Virus record (IMG/VR): IMGVR_UViG_3300016649_000434
Span: 1 to 28,447 of that record
Length of the DNA: 28,447 nucleotides
From: a virus
Taxonomy: Duplodnaviria > Caudoviricetes
Reading direction: 5' to 3' (one strand)
Positions 1-8,082 of this stretch are shown in pieces. The notes beneath the pieces are model-generated. The model had not been told where the DNA came from. It did no database searches and worked only from the letters and a program-made list of their open reading frames with translations. Each line of letters starts with the position of its first letter. The first letter of the stretch is position 1. A program made the position numbers and the translations under genes.

Positions 1-398
1 ACGTCCACCGATGTCAGCGTGACTGTCCCGACCTTGCCGTTGACGCTGGACACGGGGCCGACAAGCGCCGCCGCCGTGGTGAAGTCGGTGATTTTGACGC
101 TCGTGAGCGACGGAATGTCGTCGGCGACCAGGGCACGAAATGTCGGTGCAGCGTTGGCTCCGGTCGTCGGGCCGGCGAGTACCTTGTTGGCCTCGCGGAC
201 GGTCACGATCGACACGAATGCGCCACCACCACCAATGGCGACGACGTTCGCGGCGTTCGTGCCGCTCGTGCCTGTGCCGATGTAGAGCGTTCCCGCGCCG
301 CCGGCGCCGGCTGCCTCGGCGTAGGCGAGTTCCGCGTTCAGCAGGTGCTCAGGCGCAGAACTGCCTGTAGACCGGCGAATCCTGATGCGATTAGCCAT
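1..398 (-). CDS. Tail fibre/adhesin protein, N-terminal part (runs off the left edge; missing from ORF track)
   Basis: Manual translation from ATG at 398: MANRIRIRRSTGSSAPEHLLNAELAYAE...GTLYIG...PTFRALVADDIP...ITDFTTAAALVGPVSSVNGKVGTVTL, open to the edge. The IRIRRS..ELAY..LYIG N-terminus is typical of phage fibre proteins, and it shares the GPVSSVNGK repeat with 9176..10933. Confidence 0.8.
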   Translation of the reverse strand, partial: MANRIRIRRSTGSSAPEHLLNAELAYAEAAGAGGAGTLYIGTGTSGTNAANVVAIGGGGAFVSIVTVREANKVLAGPTTGANAAPTFRALVADDIPSLTSVKITDFTTAAALVGPVSSVNGKVGTVTLTSVD

Positions 399-688
399 GC
401 GAAGTTCCCTCCATCAACGAGGCTCAGGTCGGTAACATTCCGCCACTTCGACGTGGCGGTGCTGTACTGGATCAGGTCGCCGTTGGCGAGCGACGTGAGT
501 TGGACATCGGTGAGTTCGGAGAGCGTCGAGGCTCCTCCTGTGTCGCCAGTATCGCCGGCCGGACCTTGCGGCCCGATGCCGCCAGTCACCGATGCCGCGA
601 CCCGGCCGCTGCCGACTGAGGCCGAAACGGCGCCGCCTGAGACGCTCGCGCTGATCCGAGACGACGTCACATTCGCCGTGATGCTCAC
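338..688 (-). CDS. Small virion/fibre-associated protein with short collagen-like GxxGxx stretch
   Basis: GTG at 688 overlaps the upstream stop (GTGA). VSITANVTSS...GIGPQGPAGDTGDTG...LSELTDV...GDLIQY...KWRN...DGGNF; LxxLxDV and DGGxF motifs are common in phage tail proteins. Confidence 0.7.
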   Translation of the reverse strand: MSITANVTSSRISASVSGGAVSASVGSGRVAASVTGGIGPQGPAGDTGDTGGASTLSELTDVQLTSLANGDLIQYSTATSKWRNVTDLSLVDGGNFAWLIASGFAGLQAVLRLSTC

Positions 689-1008
689 CTTGTCACCTCC
701 GCGAAGCCGGTGAGAGCCGTCCTCTTGACGCTGCCTGGGGCTGTCCACTCCAGACGCCACGAGTACGTGCCTGGGACAAGTGCGGCGGTCTGCTCCTCGG
801 TCATCGCGATGTTGACGATGCCGGTGGATGCGTTCGTGAGCGTCGCTGTCATCGTGCCGACGGCGTTGCCGGTGATCGCCGAGACGATCGACGAGGTGAC
901 CGTGTATCCGGTCATGTCGATGTCGAAGTCCACTTCGGTGCCGAGTTGGTCACCGCGGCGGAATGCCAGATGCAGGGCACCCGGCGTCTGGCTGTACGTG
1001 CTTGCCAT
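685..1008 (-). CDS. Virion structural protein, BppU-N/adaptor-like; paralog of 10930..11298
   Basis: 107 aa: SQTPGALHLAFRRGD..DMTGYTVT..G.V.I.MTEEQT.AL.P..Y.W.L.W aligns by eye with 10930..11298. Confidence 0.7.
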   Translation of the reverse strand: MASTYSQTPGALHLAFRRGDQLGTEVDFDIDMTGYTVTSSIVSAITGNAVGTMTATLTNASTGIVNIAMTEEQTAALVPGTYSWRLEWTAPGSVKRTALTGFAEVTR

Positions 1009-1010
1009 GG

Positions 1011-1280
1011 CTACTGCGGCTCCACGACCGTTGGTGCCGAGACCTTGTAGTGCCGCTCTCCTTCGCCACTTCTGGCGCTCTGGAGTGCGTAGAGCAGTTT
1101 CGTCTGCTCCTTCACGGCGTCCGCGATCTCGCGCTGGGACTCAGAGATCGTCTTCAGGAACTGCGAGTGCTGGTCAACCAACGGCAGGAGGACGTCAGCC
1201 CTCAGTGTGTACCCAGCCGCCAGGGCCACCAGGGTCGGAAAGCCCCACCGCTCGATGACCGTTTTCAGGGTCTCGCTCAT
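1011..1280 (-). CDS. Small membrane protein, holin-like (one hydrophobic segment plus coiled-coil tail)
   Basis: Start moved to ATG 1280: MSETLKTVIERWGFPTLVALAAGYTL... (89 aa). xGFP followed by a hydrophobic stretch and a heptad-like tail; holin function is inference. Confidence 0.5.
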   Translation of the reverse strand: MSETLKTVIERWGFPTLVALAAGYTLRADVLLPLVDQHSQFLKTISESQREIADAVKEQTKLLYALQSARSGEGERHYKVSAPTVVEPQ

Positions 1281-1324
1281 CTCGGCGCCGCTCACGAGCA
1301 TCACCATGCTGGGGCATACTGCAC

Positions 1325-1876
1325 CTATCTCATTATATCCGCGTGGAGCCTTGCCCACGCCTCTTCCACGGCGGCCCTGAGCGACGCGAGATCGCCGACA
1401 TTCTCGATCTCGTCGTCCACGAGCGCCGGGTCGATCCCCTGCTCGCTGGAGTGCGACCCCTCGGCGCCAGCGAGGCCCGCGCCGGGCCGAACGATCCTCC
1501 AGACCACGCCTCCGCGGCGACGGATCGCATCGGCCTCGTTGTCGAACCGGACGTCGGTGATCGCGCTCCACTGATTCTCCGAGGCGTCGATGCGCCGCAT
1601 CGTCGCCATGATCCAGATTTCAGGGTGGATCGTATCCCGGCCCCATTCGGTGCCGATTGTCTGTAGGAGTCGCCTTGGAGACGCCGGCAGCCACCCCAGG
1701 TCGATCTCCTTCCGCCGGCGGTCCTGCAACTCGGCGATCGGCATCCCCGTGATCGCCGACACCGCGGCGTAGAGCGGGTCCGCAAATCCGTAAGATTCCG
1801 CCCCACATACTTCTTTCAGTATGCCGGCGACGGTGTTCTTGCCGCAGCCGGCGGCTCCGCAGAGTCCGATGATCAC
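1325..1876 (-). CDS. Deoxynucleoside monophosphate kinase (T4 gp1/T5 dNMP kinase-like)
   Basis: GTG at 1876 (GTGA overlap). P-loop IIGLCGAAGCGK, FADPL, SPRRLLQTIGTEWGR, ITDVRFDNE, HSSE: the characteristic phage dNMP kinase motifs. Confidence 0.9.
   Translation of the reverse strand: MIIGLCGAAGCGKNTVAGILKEVCGAESYGFADPLYAAVSAITGMPIAELQDRRRKEIDLGWLPASPRRLLQTIGTEWGRDTIHPEIWIMATMRRIDASENQWSAITDVRFDNEADAIRRRGGVVWRIVRPGAGLAGAEGSHSSEQGIDPALVDDEIENVGDLASLRAAVEEAWARLHADIMR
1331..1354 (-). promoter_or_regulatory. Candidate phage promoter motif GCAAGGC-N5-GCGGATATAATG (contains perfect -10 TATAAT)
   Basis: TATAAT at 1332-1337 (minus strand); near-identical motif at 11304-11329; no canonical -35. Confidence 0.4.
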
Positions 1877-3060
1877 AGTCCGCCTCCAGCGACGTGCAGG
1901 GCCGTGAGCCCGCCTTCGGGCCGATACAGGAACGTCTCCATGGCACGCCTCGATCCGATGAAGCCATGCTCTGTGTGCCATTCATCGCTGGCCCCGATCG
2001 AGGGAGCGGTTCGGACGATGACTCCATCGATTGTCTCGATCGGCCTTTGCCACTCCGCCGCCTGCGAGTGGTAGTGGCCTGTGTGGTATTCACGGTACGG
2101 ACACCGTGACCAGTCGCTCGGCGCCTCAAGCGCCATCAGTTGCGGCAATTTCCTCTTCGCCCGGTGCCCGTGGGCGATCCCGATCAAATTGCCGCCGTGG
2201 GTCACGTACTGCCGGGGCGTGTACCTGAGCGACACGGCGACGCGACCGTCGTTGCGGAACCGCTCGAAGAGAATCTTCTGGAGCGCCCACGAGAGGGTTT
2301 CGTCGTGGTTTCCGTTCACGACGTGGACATCGGTCGGGCAAGACTGCGCCGACTGCTCGACGATGCCCATGAGCACGCCGGACCCAACCTCGATGATCTT
2401 CTGGAGCCTGCCATCGGCGTCGAGTTGCGTCCCTCCGGTCGTCTGCCACTTCGGGTTGTCGATGTGGAAGAGGTCGCCAAGCATCAGGATCGTCCGGCGG
2501 GCCGGCTTCAGGTCGTTGCCGATTGCGATCAGTTCGGCGGCCGCCGCGGAGACCAGTCGCTCGGCGATGTCGAGGTCGTAGTCGGCCCCGCCGGTGGTCT
2601 TGTGCCACGCCCGCTTGCCGAAGTGCGTGTCGGCAACGACCACCACCTGCCACAGTTCGCCGACCTGCTTCTTGTGCCGCGACACCGGACGCTGCTTGAG
2701 GCCGACGGCTCCGGCGATCATCGCCTCGACGCACTCGCGGATGCCTGGGCCAGCCTTCGGCTTCAGCCGCACGAAGACCCGGTGCAGTTCCGTCACCGTC
2801 GTATTGCCGTCGCCATCACTCGACGCGCACTCCCACTTGGTCGCCTCAGACGCGGCCACCTCGTACCGGGTCATGTCCGCCTCAATGTGCTCCAGCAGGT
2901 CTTCGACGGTCTTGATGCGTCGGCTCGTCGAGCGGACCTCAATCGTGTCGCCGTCGGTCTTCTTCGAGACCTGCTCGGCGTTCTCAGGAGGGCCGGCTGA
3001 CACCTGCCGATCGGCGACTTTGTCGAGGATCGCCTGCTTCAGTCGTTTCTTTTGAGCCAA
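1873..3060 (-). CDS. Calcineurin-like metallophosphoesterase with N-terminal extension
   Basis: All five motifs present: ADTHFG, GDLFH, NGNHD, AHGH, TGHYH. Start uncertain; TTG at 3060 after GGGGG was chosen. Confidence 0.85.
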   Translation of the reverse strand: MAQKKRLKQAILDKVADRQVSAGPPENAEQVSKKTDGDTIEVRSTSRRIKTVEDLLEHIEADMTRYEVAASEATKWECASSDGDGNTTVTELHRVFVRLKPKAGPGIRECVEAMIAGAVGLKQRPVSRHKKQVGELWQVVVVADTHFGKRAWHKTTGGADYDLDIAERLVSAAAAELIAIGNDLKPARRTILMLGDLFHIDNPKWQTTGGTQLDADGRLQKIIEVGSGVLMGIVEQSAQSCPTDVHVVNGNHDETLSWALQKILFERFRNDGRVAVSLRYTPRQYVTHGGNLIGIAHGHRAKRKLPQLMALEAPSDWSRCPYREYHTGHYHSQAAEWQRPIETIDGVIVRTAPSIGASDEWHTEHGFIGSRRAMETFLYRPEGGLTALHVAGGGL

Positions 3061-3302
3061 TTTGTGACCCCCTGCTCCCCGACGCCAGAGACGCCGAGCG
3101 ACTTGAGCGACGACGCGATGTGCCGCGCCAGGATCGCCGCTGGCGACTTGACCTCGCCGGCCTGCCACGCCCGCCTGATCTCCAGCAGTTCAGCCTTCTG
3201 CTCGTCGTCGGTAAGTTTGTCGAACCACGTCCGGCACTTGCCGCTGCGGTGCTGGCCGATGCCGGCAAGCACCGTTTCTGTCAGCGTTGGCTTCTTCGCC
3301 AT
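3039..3302 (-). CDS. Hypothetical small basic protein (possible HTH-like)
   Basis: 87-aa ORF with GGAG upstream, fills the gap between Rieske and phosphoesterase genes; ends GVGEQGVTNWLK. Confidence 0.65.
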   Translation of the reverse strand: MAKKPTLTETVLAGIGQHRSGKCRTWFDKLTDDEQKAELLEIRRAWQAGEVKSPAAILARHIASSLKSLGVSGVGEQGVTNWLKRND

Positions 3303-3314
3303 TTCGAGGTCTCC

Positions 3315-4373
3315 CTAGAGTCGTCCGTCCGCCGCCAGCGCGGTCGTCTTCTGAAACGCCGCCACTCTCGCCTCCTCCTCGGACAGGCATCCGAGGATGC
3401 TGTCGACAGCATCCTCGCAACCGCGATGCACCGCCTCGCAGACGGCAGCGTCCTCGGCGAAGACTTGCTCGTTGAATCTCGCGGCCGTCTCGTTGACGTA
3501 TCGCCGACGCTCATGGTCAGCGACGACGCCGTCGGTCGCGTAGGTCACGCTCGTGAACTGCGTCGTGCTCGCGTCCAGCGGCGTGAAGAACTGCACGCCG
3601 TAGGTCAGGCCGAAGAGCGTCGCGATCGTGCAGGTCGGCCAGACCAACTGATGGATGTACTGATCCGTCCGTCGCGGCCGGCTCGTGTAGGCGTCGGACA
3701 CCGCGTGCAGTGTCTTGAGCGCCTTTTCTGACACGTCTGTGTGCCACGCGGTGTGCGGCGTGGTCATGCAATAGAAGTGTCCGGCCGATGGGCCGATTCG
3801 GTGAAACGACCCCGCGTGGACGTGGCCGACGTGGTACGCCTCCAGCGTGTTCTCGACCAGAATCTTCCAGTTGGCCCTGACGACCGTCGTCTTCGCCGCG
3901 ATGCGCTCACCGCAGGCCGAGGTCAGCATCTCTATGAACGGCCTCGCGATCCCGAGCCACTCGCCCAGAGGCAGGCCCGCAGCACGCTTCCTGACAAAGA
4001 TCAGTTTTCCGCAGGTGTCGACGGCGTAGCCGACCAGCCGGTGCCGCTCAGGGTCGAGGTTCTCGAACCTGGGACGCTTCGGTATGCGGCACGGCAGTCC
4101 GTCGCAGTCGAATTCCCAGCCGTGGTAGCCGCAGATGAGTTTCCTCGTGCCACACGGCTCGGTCTGGAGCCGGTTGAAGCGATGCGTGCAGACGTTCAGG
4201 AACGCCTTGAGCGTGCCTCCAAAGTTTTGAATGACGACCTCGCGGCGACCGACACGTCGGACGACGAACGAGTCCGGCTCGGCCACCTCGTCGGCCATGG
4301 CGACGGGAATCCAGTAGTCGTCGAACGACCGCATCTCTCGGTCGAATTGGTCGGCGGACGTGTACACGATCAT
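3315..4373 (-). CDS. Rieske non-heme iron oxygenase (ring-hydroxylating alpha-subunit/choline monooxygenase-like fold)
   Basis: ATG at 4373 (ATGA overlap). Rieske ligands NVCTHR...CGYHGWEF; mononuclear iron motif NWKILVENTLEAYHVGHVH; C-terminal ED. Confidence 0.92.
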   Translation of the reverse strand: MIVYTSADQFDREMRSFDDYWIPVAMADEVAEPDSFVVRRVGRREVVIQNFGGTLKAFLNVCTHRFNRLQTEPCGTRKLICGYHGWEFDCDGLPCRIPKRPRFENLDPERHRLVGYAVDTCGKLIFVRKRAAGLPLGEWLGIARPFIEMLTSACGERIAAKTTVVRANWKILVENTLEAYHVGHVHAGSFHRIGPSAGHFYCMTTPHTAWHTDVSEKALKTLHAVSDAYTSRPRRTDQYIHQLVWPTCTIATLFGLTYGVQFFTPLDASTTQFTSVTYATDGVVADHERRRYVNETAARFNEQVFAEDAAVCEAVHRGCEDAVDSILGCLSEEEARVAAFQKTTALAADGRL

Positions 4374-5095
4374 CGTGAGGTGTAGCCTCCGTCGATCGTG
4401 AGCACGGTGCCGGTCGTCCATCTCTGCCTGAGCAGGTACTCGATCGCCTCGGCGACGTCCTCCGGCGTGCCGATGCCAAGAGGATGGGCGGCGACGACGG
4501 CCTGCCACTGCTCCGGCGTCATCGAGCCCTCAAGCCGCTCCTGCATCGGCGTCCGCACGACGCCAGGAGCCACGCAGTTGACGCGGATGTCCGGCGCCAA
4601 CTCGATTGCCAGAGCCTTGGTCAGGCCGATGAGCGCGGCTTTGCTGGCGGCGTACTGGCTCGTGGCCGGCTGGCCGACGATCCCAGCGACGCTGGACACG
4701 AATACAACCGCGGCCTTCTCCGTCCTCACGGCTGGCCTGCGGAACGCCTTCGCCAGCGTCCACGCGGTGCCGTAGTTCATCTGCATCATCTTCGAGTGGC
4801 TGGTGGCACACTTGAGCGGCGACAGGGCGTGGATGCCGGCGGCGTGAACGAGTCCGTCGAATGGCCCTCGTTCGGCTGCCAGAGACTCAAGGAGCGTCGC
4901 GGTGCCGTCGTCATCAAGCGACATGAGGTCGGCACTCAGACGGTCGTGGCCGCTGCCGGGGAGCGTGAACACCGCCGCCGCAAGACGCTTGCTGTCGCGG
5001 CCGAGCAGGAAGACCCGGTGGCCGAGGCCGGCGAGGTGATGTGCCGTCGCCAGCCCGATGCCGCTCGACGCTCCCGTGACGAGGTAGTGGCTCAC
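4370..5095 (-). CDS. SDR oxidoreductase, 3-oxoacyl-ACP reductase (FabG)-like
   Basis: GTG at 5095 (GTGA overlap). TGASSGIG, HAAG, VSS, YAASK, IRVNCVAPG, DGGY. Confidence 0.92.
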   Translation of the reverse strand: MSHYLVTGASSGIGLATAHHLAGLGHRVFLLGRDSKRLAAAVFTLPGSGHDRLSADLMSLDDDGTATLLESLAAERGPFDGLVHAAGIHALSPLKCATSHSKMMQMNYGTAWTLAKAFRRPAVRTEKAAVVFVSSVAGIVGQPATSQYAASKAALIGLTKALAIELAPDIRVNCVAPGVVRTPMQERLEGSMTPEQWQAVVAAHPLGIGTPEDVAEAIEYLLRQRWTTGTVLTIDGGYTSR

Positions 5096-6030
5096 TTGCC
5101 CACCTCCACGAGCGGGTGGATGCGCGTCTCCGACGTGTCGACGACTGCCGTCCCCCACGACCACCCCCCGCCGAAGCCGACCAAGAGAAGCCGACCGCGG
5201 GTCTTGTTGAGCACGATCGCCAGCGGGATCGACGCGCTCGACACGTTGCCGTACTGCTCGACGACGCCGGCGACCCACTTCTCCGCCGGCACATTGCACT
5301 TGAGCCGGAGGTGTTCGAGCATCGTGGCATTCGGCTGGTGAGGCACGACGGCGTCGATGTCTTCGAGCGTCAGGCAAGCCTGCTCCAGCATCTCCGAGAC
5401 GGCCGCCGGCACCGCGGCAGACGCGAACTCGAAGACCGAGGCTCCGTTCATAAAAAGGCACTCTGTGTCGCCGTGGTCGAGCCGGAGGTGCTTCGCGCCT
5501 TTGCCGTCCGACCCGCAGCCAACGAGAAATCGCGGCGCGTCTTCGTCTCGCTCCAGATACGTCGCTGACGCCGCGTCGCCGAAGAGCGGCTCGGTGGCGC
5601 GGTCGTTTGGGCTCACGACCGTCGACAGGCAGTCGCCTGCCAGCATCAGGACACGGCGGAGGCCCGACTGGACGAGGCTGCCGGCGATTTGCAGGCCGTA
5701 GACGTAGCCGGAGCAGCCCTGGTTGACGTCGAACGCGACGCACGATGATGGCAGGCCGAGCCGGCCGTGGAGGATGTTCGCGGTCGGCGGGATTCTCGTG
5801 TCCGGCGTCTGGGTGACGACGACGAGGCCGTCGATGACACGGCGATGCCCGAGCGCCTGCTCCGCCGCGGCCTTGAAGAGGTCTGTCATCGTCTCTTTGT
5901 CGACGACGCGACGCTCGCTGACGCCGGTGGCGGCGACGAGTTTCGCGGCTACGCCGTCGCCCCACGCAGACTGATCTCGGCGTGTCGGCGGCACGGCAAC
6001 GGCGATGTCGCGGACGGCGGCGTGGTTCAT
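5092..6030 (-). CDS. 3-oxoacyl-ACP synthase III (KAS III/FabH family)
   Basis: Catalytic triad motifs FDVNQGCSG (Cys), PHQPN (His), YGNVSSASIP (Asn); LFGDAASA; GFGGGWSWG. Confidence 0.93.
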   Translation of the reverse strand: MNHAAVRDIAVAVPPTRRDQSAWGDGVAAKLVAATGVSERRVVDKETMTDLFKAAAEQALGHRRVIDGLVVVTQTPDTRIPPTANILHGRLGLPSSCVAFDVNQGCSGYVYGLQIAGSLVQSGLRRVLMLAGDCLSTVVSPNDRATEPLFGDAASATYLERDEDAPRFLVGCGSDGKGAKHLRLDHGDTECLFMNGASVFEFASAAVPAAVSEMLEQACLTLEDIDAVVPHQPNATMLEHLRLKCNVPAEKWVAGVVEQYGNVSSASIPLAIVLNKTRGRLLLVGFGGGWSWGTAVVDTSETRIHPLVEVGK

Positions 6031-6248
6031 TCAGCGATCCCCACGAGCGCGGCCAAGTCGGCGACGGTCTTCGCCTCCATGAGACGGACGGCACTGACGA
6101 CGACGCCGTACTGCCGGTCGGCCATCGCCATGAATCCCATCGCCGTCATCGAGTCCCAGCCGGCCAACTGGAGAAGCGTCGTATCCGGCGTGCTGGTGCC
6201 GACGGGTTGCTCGGTGAGCCGATCAAGATGCTGGCAAAACTCGTTCAT
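6027..6248 (-). CDS. Acyl carrier protein
   Basis: ATG at 6248 with GAGGAG RBS. 73 aa, GWDSM phosphopantetheine serine motif, C-terminal KTVADL. Confidence 0.88.
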   Translation of the reverse strand: MNEFCQHLDRLTEQPVGTSTPDTTLLQLAGWDSMTAMGFMAMADRQYGVVVSAVRLMEAKTVADLAALVGIAE

Positions 6249-6820
6249 TGTCTCCTCGTGTAGATTACGGACGCAGGTACACCCATCACGGTCGATCGGG
6301 CCGGAGCCTCCTTGACGACGACACTCCCGCTGCCGACGATCGACCAGTCGCCGGCGATTGCGTGCGGGAGGATGCTGGCGTGCGACCCCATCAGCACGCC
6401 CTCTCCGAGCACGGCGTGTCCGCAGATGTCGGCGTGCGACGAGATCGAGGAGTAGTCGCCGACGGTGGTGTCGTGGCCCACCGTGGCGGCGCAGTTGATC
6501 GTGACCAGCCGGCCGACGACAGCCCCGACGCTGACCACTGAGTGCGGGCAGACGATCGCGCCTTCCCCGAGGTGCCCCTGAGACGTCACGGTCGCAGTCG
6601 GGTGGATGAGCGTGCGAAAGCGGGCGCCGCGGCTGCGGAGCCGCTCGCAGACGATCCGCTTGAGCGTCGGCTCGCCGAGGCCGCACAGGAACCAGTCGGC
6701 CGGCGTGAAGTCGAGATCGTCGTCTCCCTGGTCAAGCAGTCGGTCGATCGCGAGACCGGAGTCCCGCGCCCACTGCGCCACCTCGCGGGCGAAGCCGCCT
6801 GCCCCAACGACGTAGATCAC
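6245..6820 (-). CDS. Sugar N/O-acyltransferase, NeuD/PglD/VioB family (left-handed beta-helix)
   Basis: GTG at 6820 (GTGA overlap). GAGGFAREV N-terminus, TLIHPTA, INCAATVGHD catalytic His, hexapeptide repeats, GVPA. Confidence 0.92.
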   Translation of the reverse strand: MIYVVGAGGFAREVAQWARDSGLAIDRLLDQGDDDLDFTPADWFLCGLGEPTLKRIVCERLRSRGARFRTLIHPTATVTSQGHLGEGAIVCPHSVVSVGAVVGRLVTINCAATVGHDTTVGDYSSISSHADICGHAVLGEGVLMGSHASILPHAIAGDWSIVGSGSVVVKEAPARSTVMGVPASVIYTRRQ

Positions 6821-7119
6821 GATGGAGCCTTCTCCTCGTTGACCCGATAGCCGAGGAACCACAGGATTCTGCTGATGTCACGGGCGCTCGATGTCACCGT
6901 CTCCTCGGACATCTGCGGAAAGCAGACGTGGAGCGCCTCGTGTATCTCAGTCTCCATGCGGGCGCGACCCTTGAGCCGCGAGTCGATCAGCACCTTACGA
7001 GGCATATCGGGCTTCGCGGGGTCCGGCAGGTACGCCCAGCCAGCAGCCTGACCACGCAGCCGCGTGTATCGCCACACCCAGCGGGCACCGTTGATCAGGA
7101 AGTGGTGGGTGCTCGGCAT
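6817..7119 (-). CDS. Small zincin-like protein with HEXXH motif
   Basis: ATG at 7119 (or GTG 7125). 100 aa: ...VLIDSRL...METEIHEALHVCFPQMSEE. Confidence 0.7.
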   Translation of the reverse strand: MPSTHHFLINGARWVWRYTRLRGQAAGWAYLPDPAKPDMPRKVLIDSRLKGRARMETEIHEALHVCFPQMSEETVTSSARDISRILWFLGYRVNEEKAPS

Positions 7120-7121
7120 GG

Positions 7122-7484
7122 TCACACGATCCATACTTGGAGATTGCCGCCAGTCATGTCGGCCCCTGTCTCGAAGCGGATCGTGTCGTTGACTGCGACT
7201 GATGTATTGCCGTTGAGTTGCAGCGCCGAGCCGCTGGCAATGACAGAGCCATTCTTTTTGATTGAGTATGAGTATGCCTGCTCGCCAGTGCCGATCGACG
7301 CAGACCAGTAGAAAGTCCCAGACACCTTCGCTGTGAACGTCACGTCCGACGTGGTCGGGCCGGCGAGCGGCGACGCGGCGGTTCCGTCTCCTTCGAGCCA
7401 TCCGGGGCTCGTGATGCGAAAGACGCGCACCGACTTGGGCTTCGCGCCAAACGACGGGCGCAGGAGCAGCGACAGGATTCCCAT
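7122..7484 (-). CDS. Hypothetical protein (beta-rich)
   Basis: 120-aa ORF with AAGGAG RBS, coupled to the next gene. Confidence 0.65.
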   Translation of the reverse strand: MGILSLLLRPSFGAKPKSVRVFRITSPGWLEGDGTAASPLAGPTTSDVTFTAKVSGTFYWSASIGTGEQAYSYSIKKNGSVIASGSALQLNGNTSVAVNDTIRFETGADMTGGNLQVWIV

Positions 7485-7515
7485 TCCGATCTCCTTGCGG
7501 CCATTATCTTCCCGA

Positions 7516-7540
7516 CTCGCCTAGCGGCGGTCAAGGCGAG
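7516..7540 (-). other. Intergenic inverted repeat CTCGCCT...AGGCGAG
   Basis: 7-bp arms at 7516-7522 and 7534-7540 just after the methyltransferase stop; no U-tract. Confidence 0.35.
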
Positions 7541-7545
7541 AAATG

Positions 7546-8082
7546 TCAGGCTTTCGCCACGACGACCTGCGCGGCGCGGTGCAGAATTTGCATCCGCAGG
7601 CAGTAGCAGGTCAGGAAGGCGTCGATGCCGAAGTGCGTGTCGATCTTGCCTACGGCGAACTGCTGCGGGATGTGGTAGCGGTAGTCATCGAATACCATCA
7701 GGCCGCCGCGTGCCAGCAGCATCCATGCCAGCACCGCATTTTCAAGCACGGCGGCCCCGTCATGGTCGCCGTCGACATAGATGACGTCGAATCGCTCGCC
7801 TGCCGCAGCCATGCCGACGAGCACGCTCGTGATGTGGCCCTTGATCTTCGTGACCCGACTGCCGACGTTCTGGTCAAACCGCGACTCGATGTCGGAGACC
7901 TTCCAACTGTCGACACACACCAGTTCCCCACCGGCCACGACGTGATCGAGCGCCCACGCGGCCGACCGCCCCTCGTAGGAGCCGAGTTCCAGCATCCTCC
8001 GAGGTCCGTCCTTGAGCCTCGGAAGGACGACAGTCTCCCAAATCGGGATCGTGTATGAGTGCCAGTCGGACGTGAAGATCAT
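7546..8082 (-). CDS. Class I SAM-dependent methyltransferase (Methyltransf_24-like)
   Basis: ATG at 8082 (ATGA overlap, GGAGG RBS). LELGSYEGRS, CVDSW, FDVIYVDGDH, GGLMVFDDY. Confidence 0.9.
   Translation of the reverse strand: MIFTSDWHSYTIPIWETVVLPRLKDGPRRMLELGSYEGRSAAWALDHVVAGGELVCVDSWKVSDIESRFDQNVGSRVTKIKGHITSVLVGMAAAGERFDVIYVDGDHDGAAVLENAVLAWMLLARGGLMVFDDYRYHIPQQFAVGKIDTHFGIDAFLTCYCLRMQILHRAAQVVVAKA

Noticed and set aside
4370-6248. Housekeeping fatty-acid synthesis operon (fabH-fabG-acpP) marking a host boundary
   Set aside because: No fabD, fabF or plsX; the ACP is of the divergent WDS type; genes are coupled to a sugar acyltransferase and flanked by phage genes on both sides. Gene symbols were withheld.
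4370-6686. Long ORF-track versions 4370..6094 (574 aa) and 6027..6686 (219 aa)
   Set aside because: The N-terminal parts are Arg/Pro-rich off-frame overlaps of the KAS III and acyltransferase genes; true starts fit GTGA/ATGA coupling at 5095 and 6248.
7503-7534. Sigma70 promoter TTGACC...GATAAT
   Set aside because: Spacer is 20 bp, too long for a canonical promoter; kept only as a loose -10-like match.
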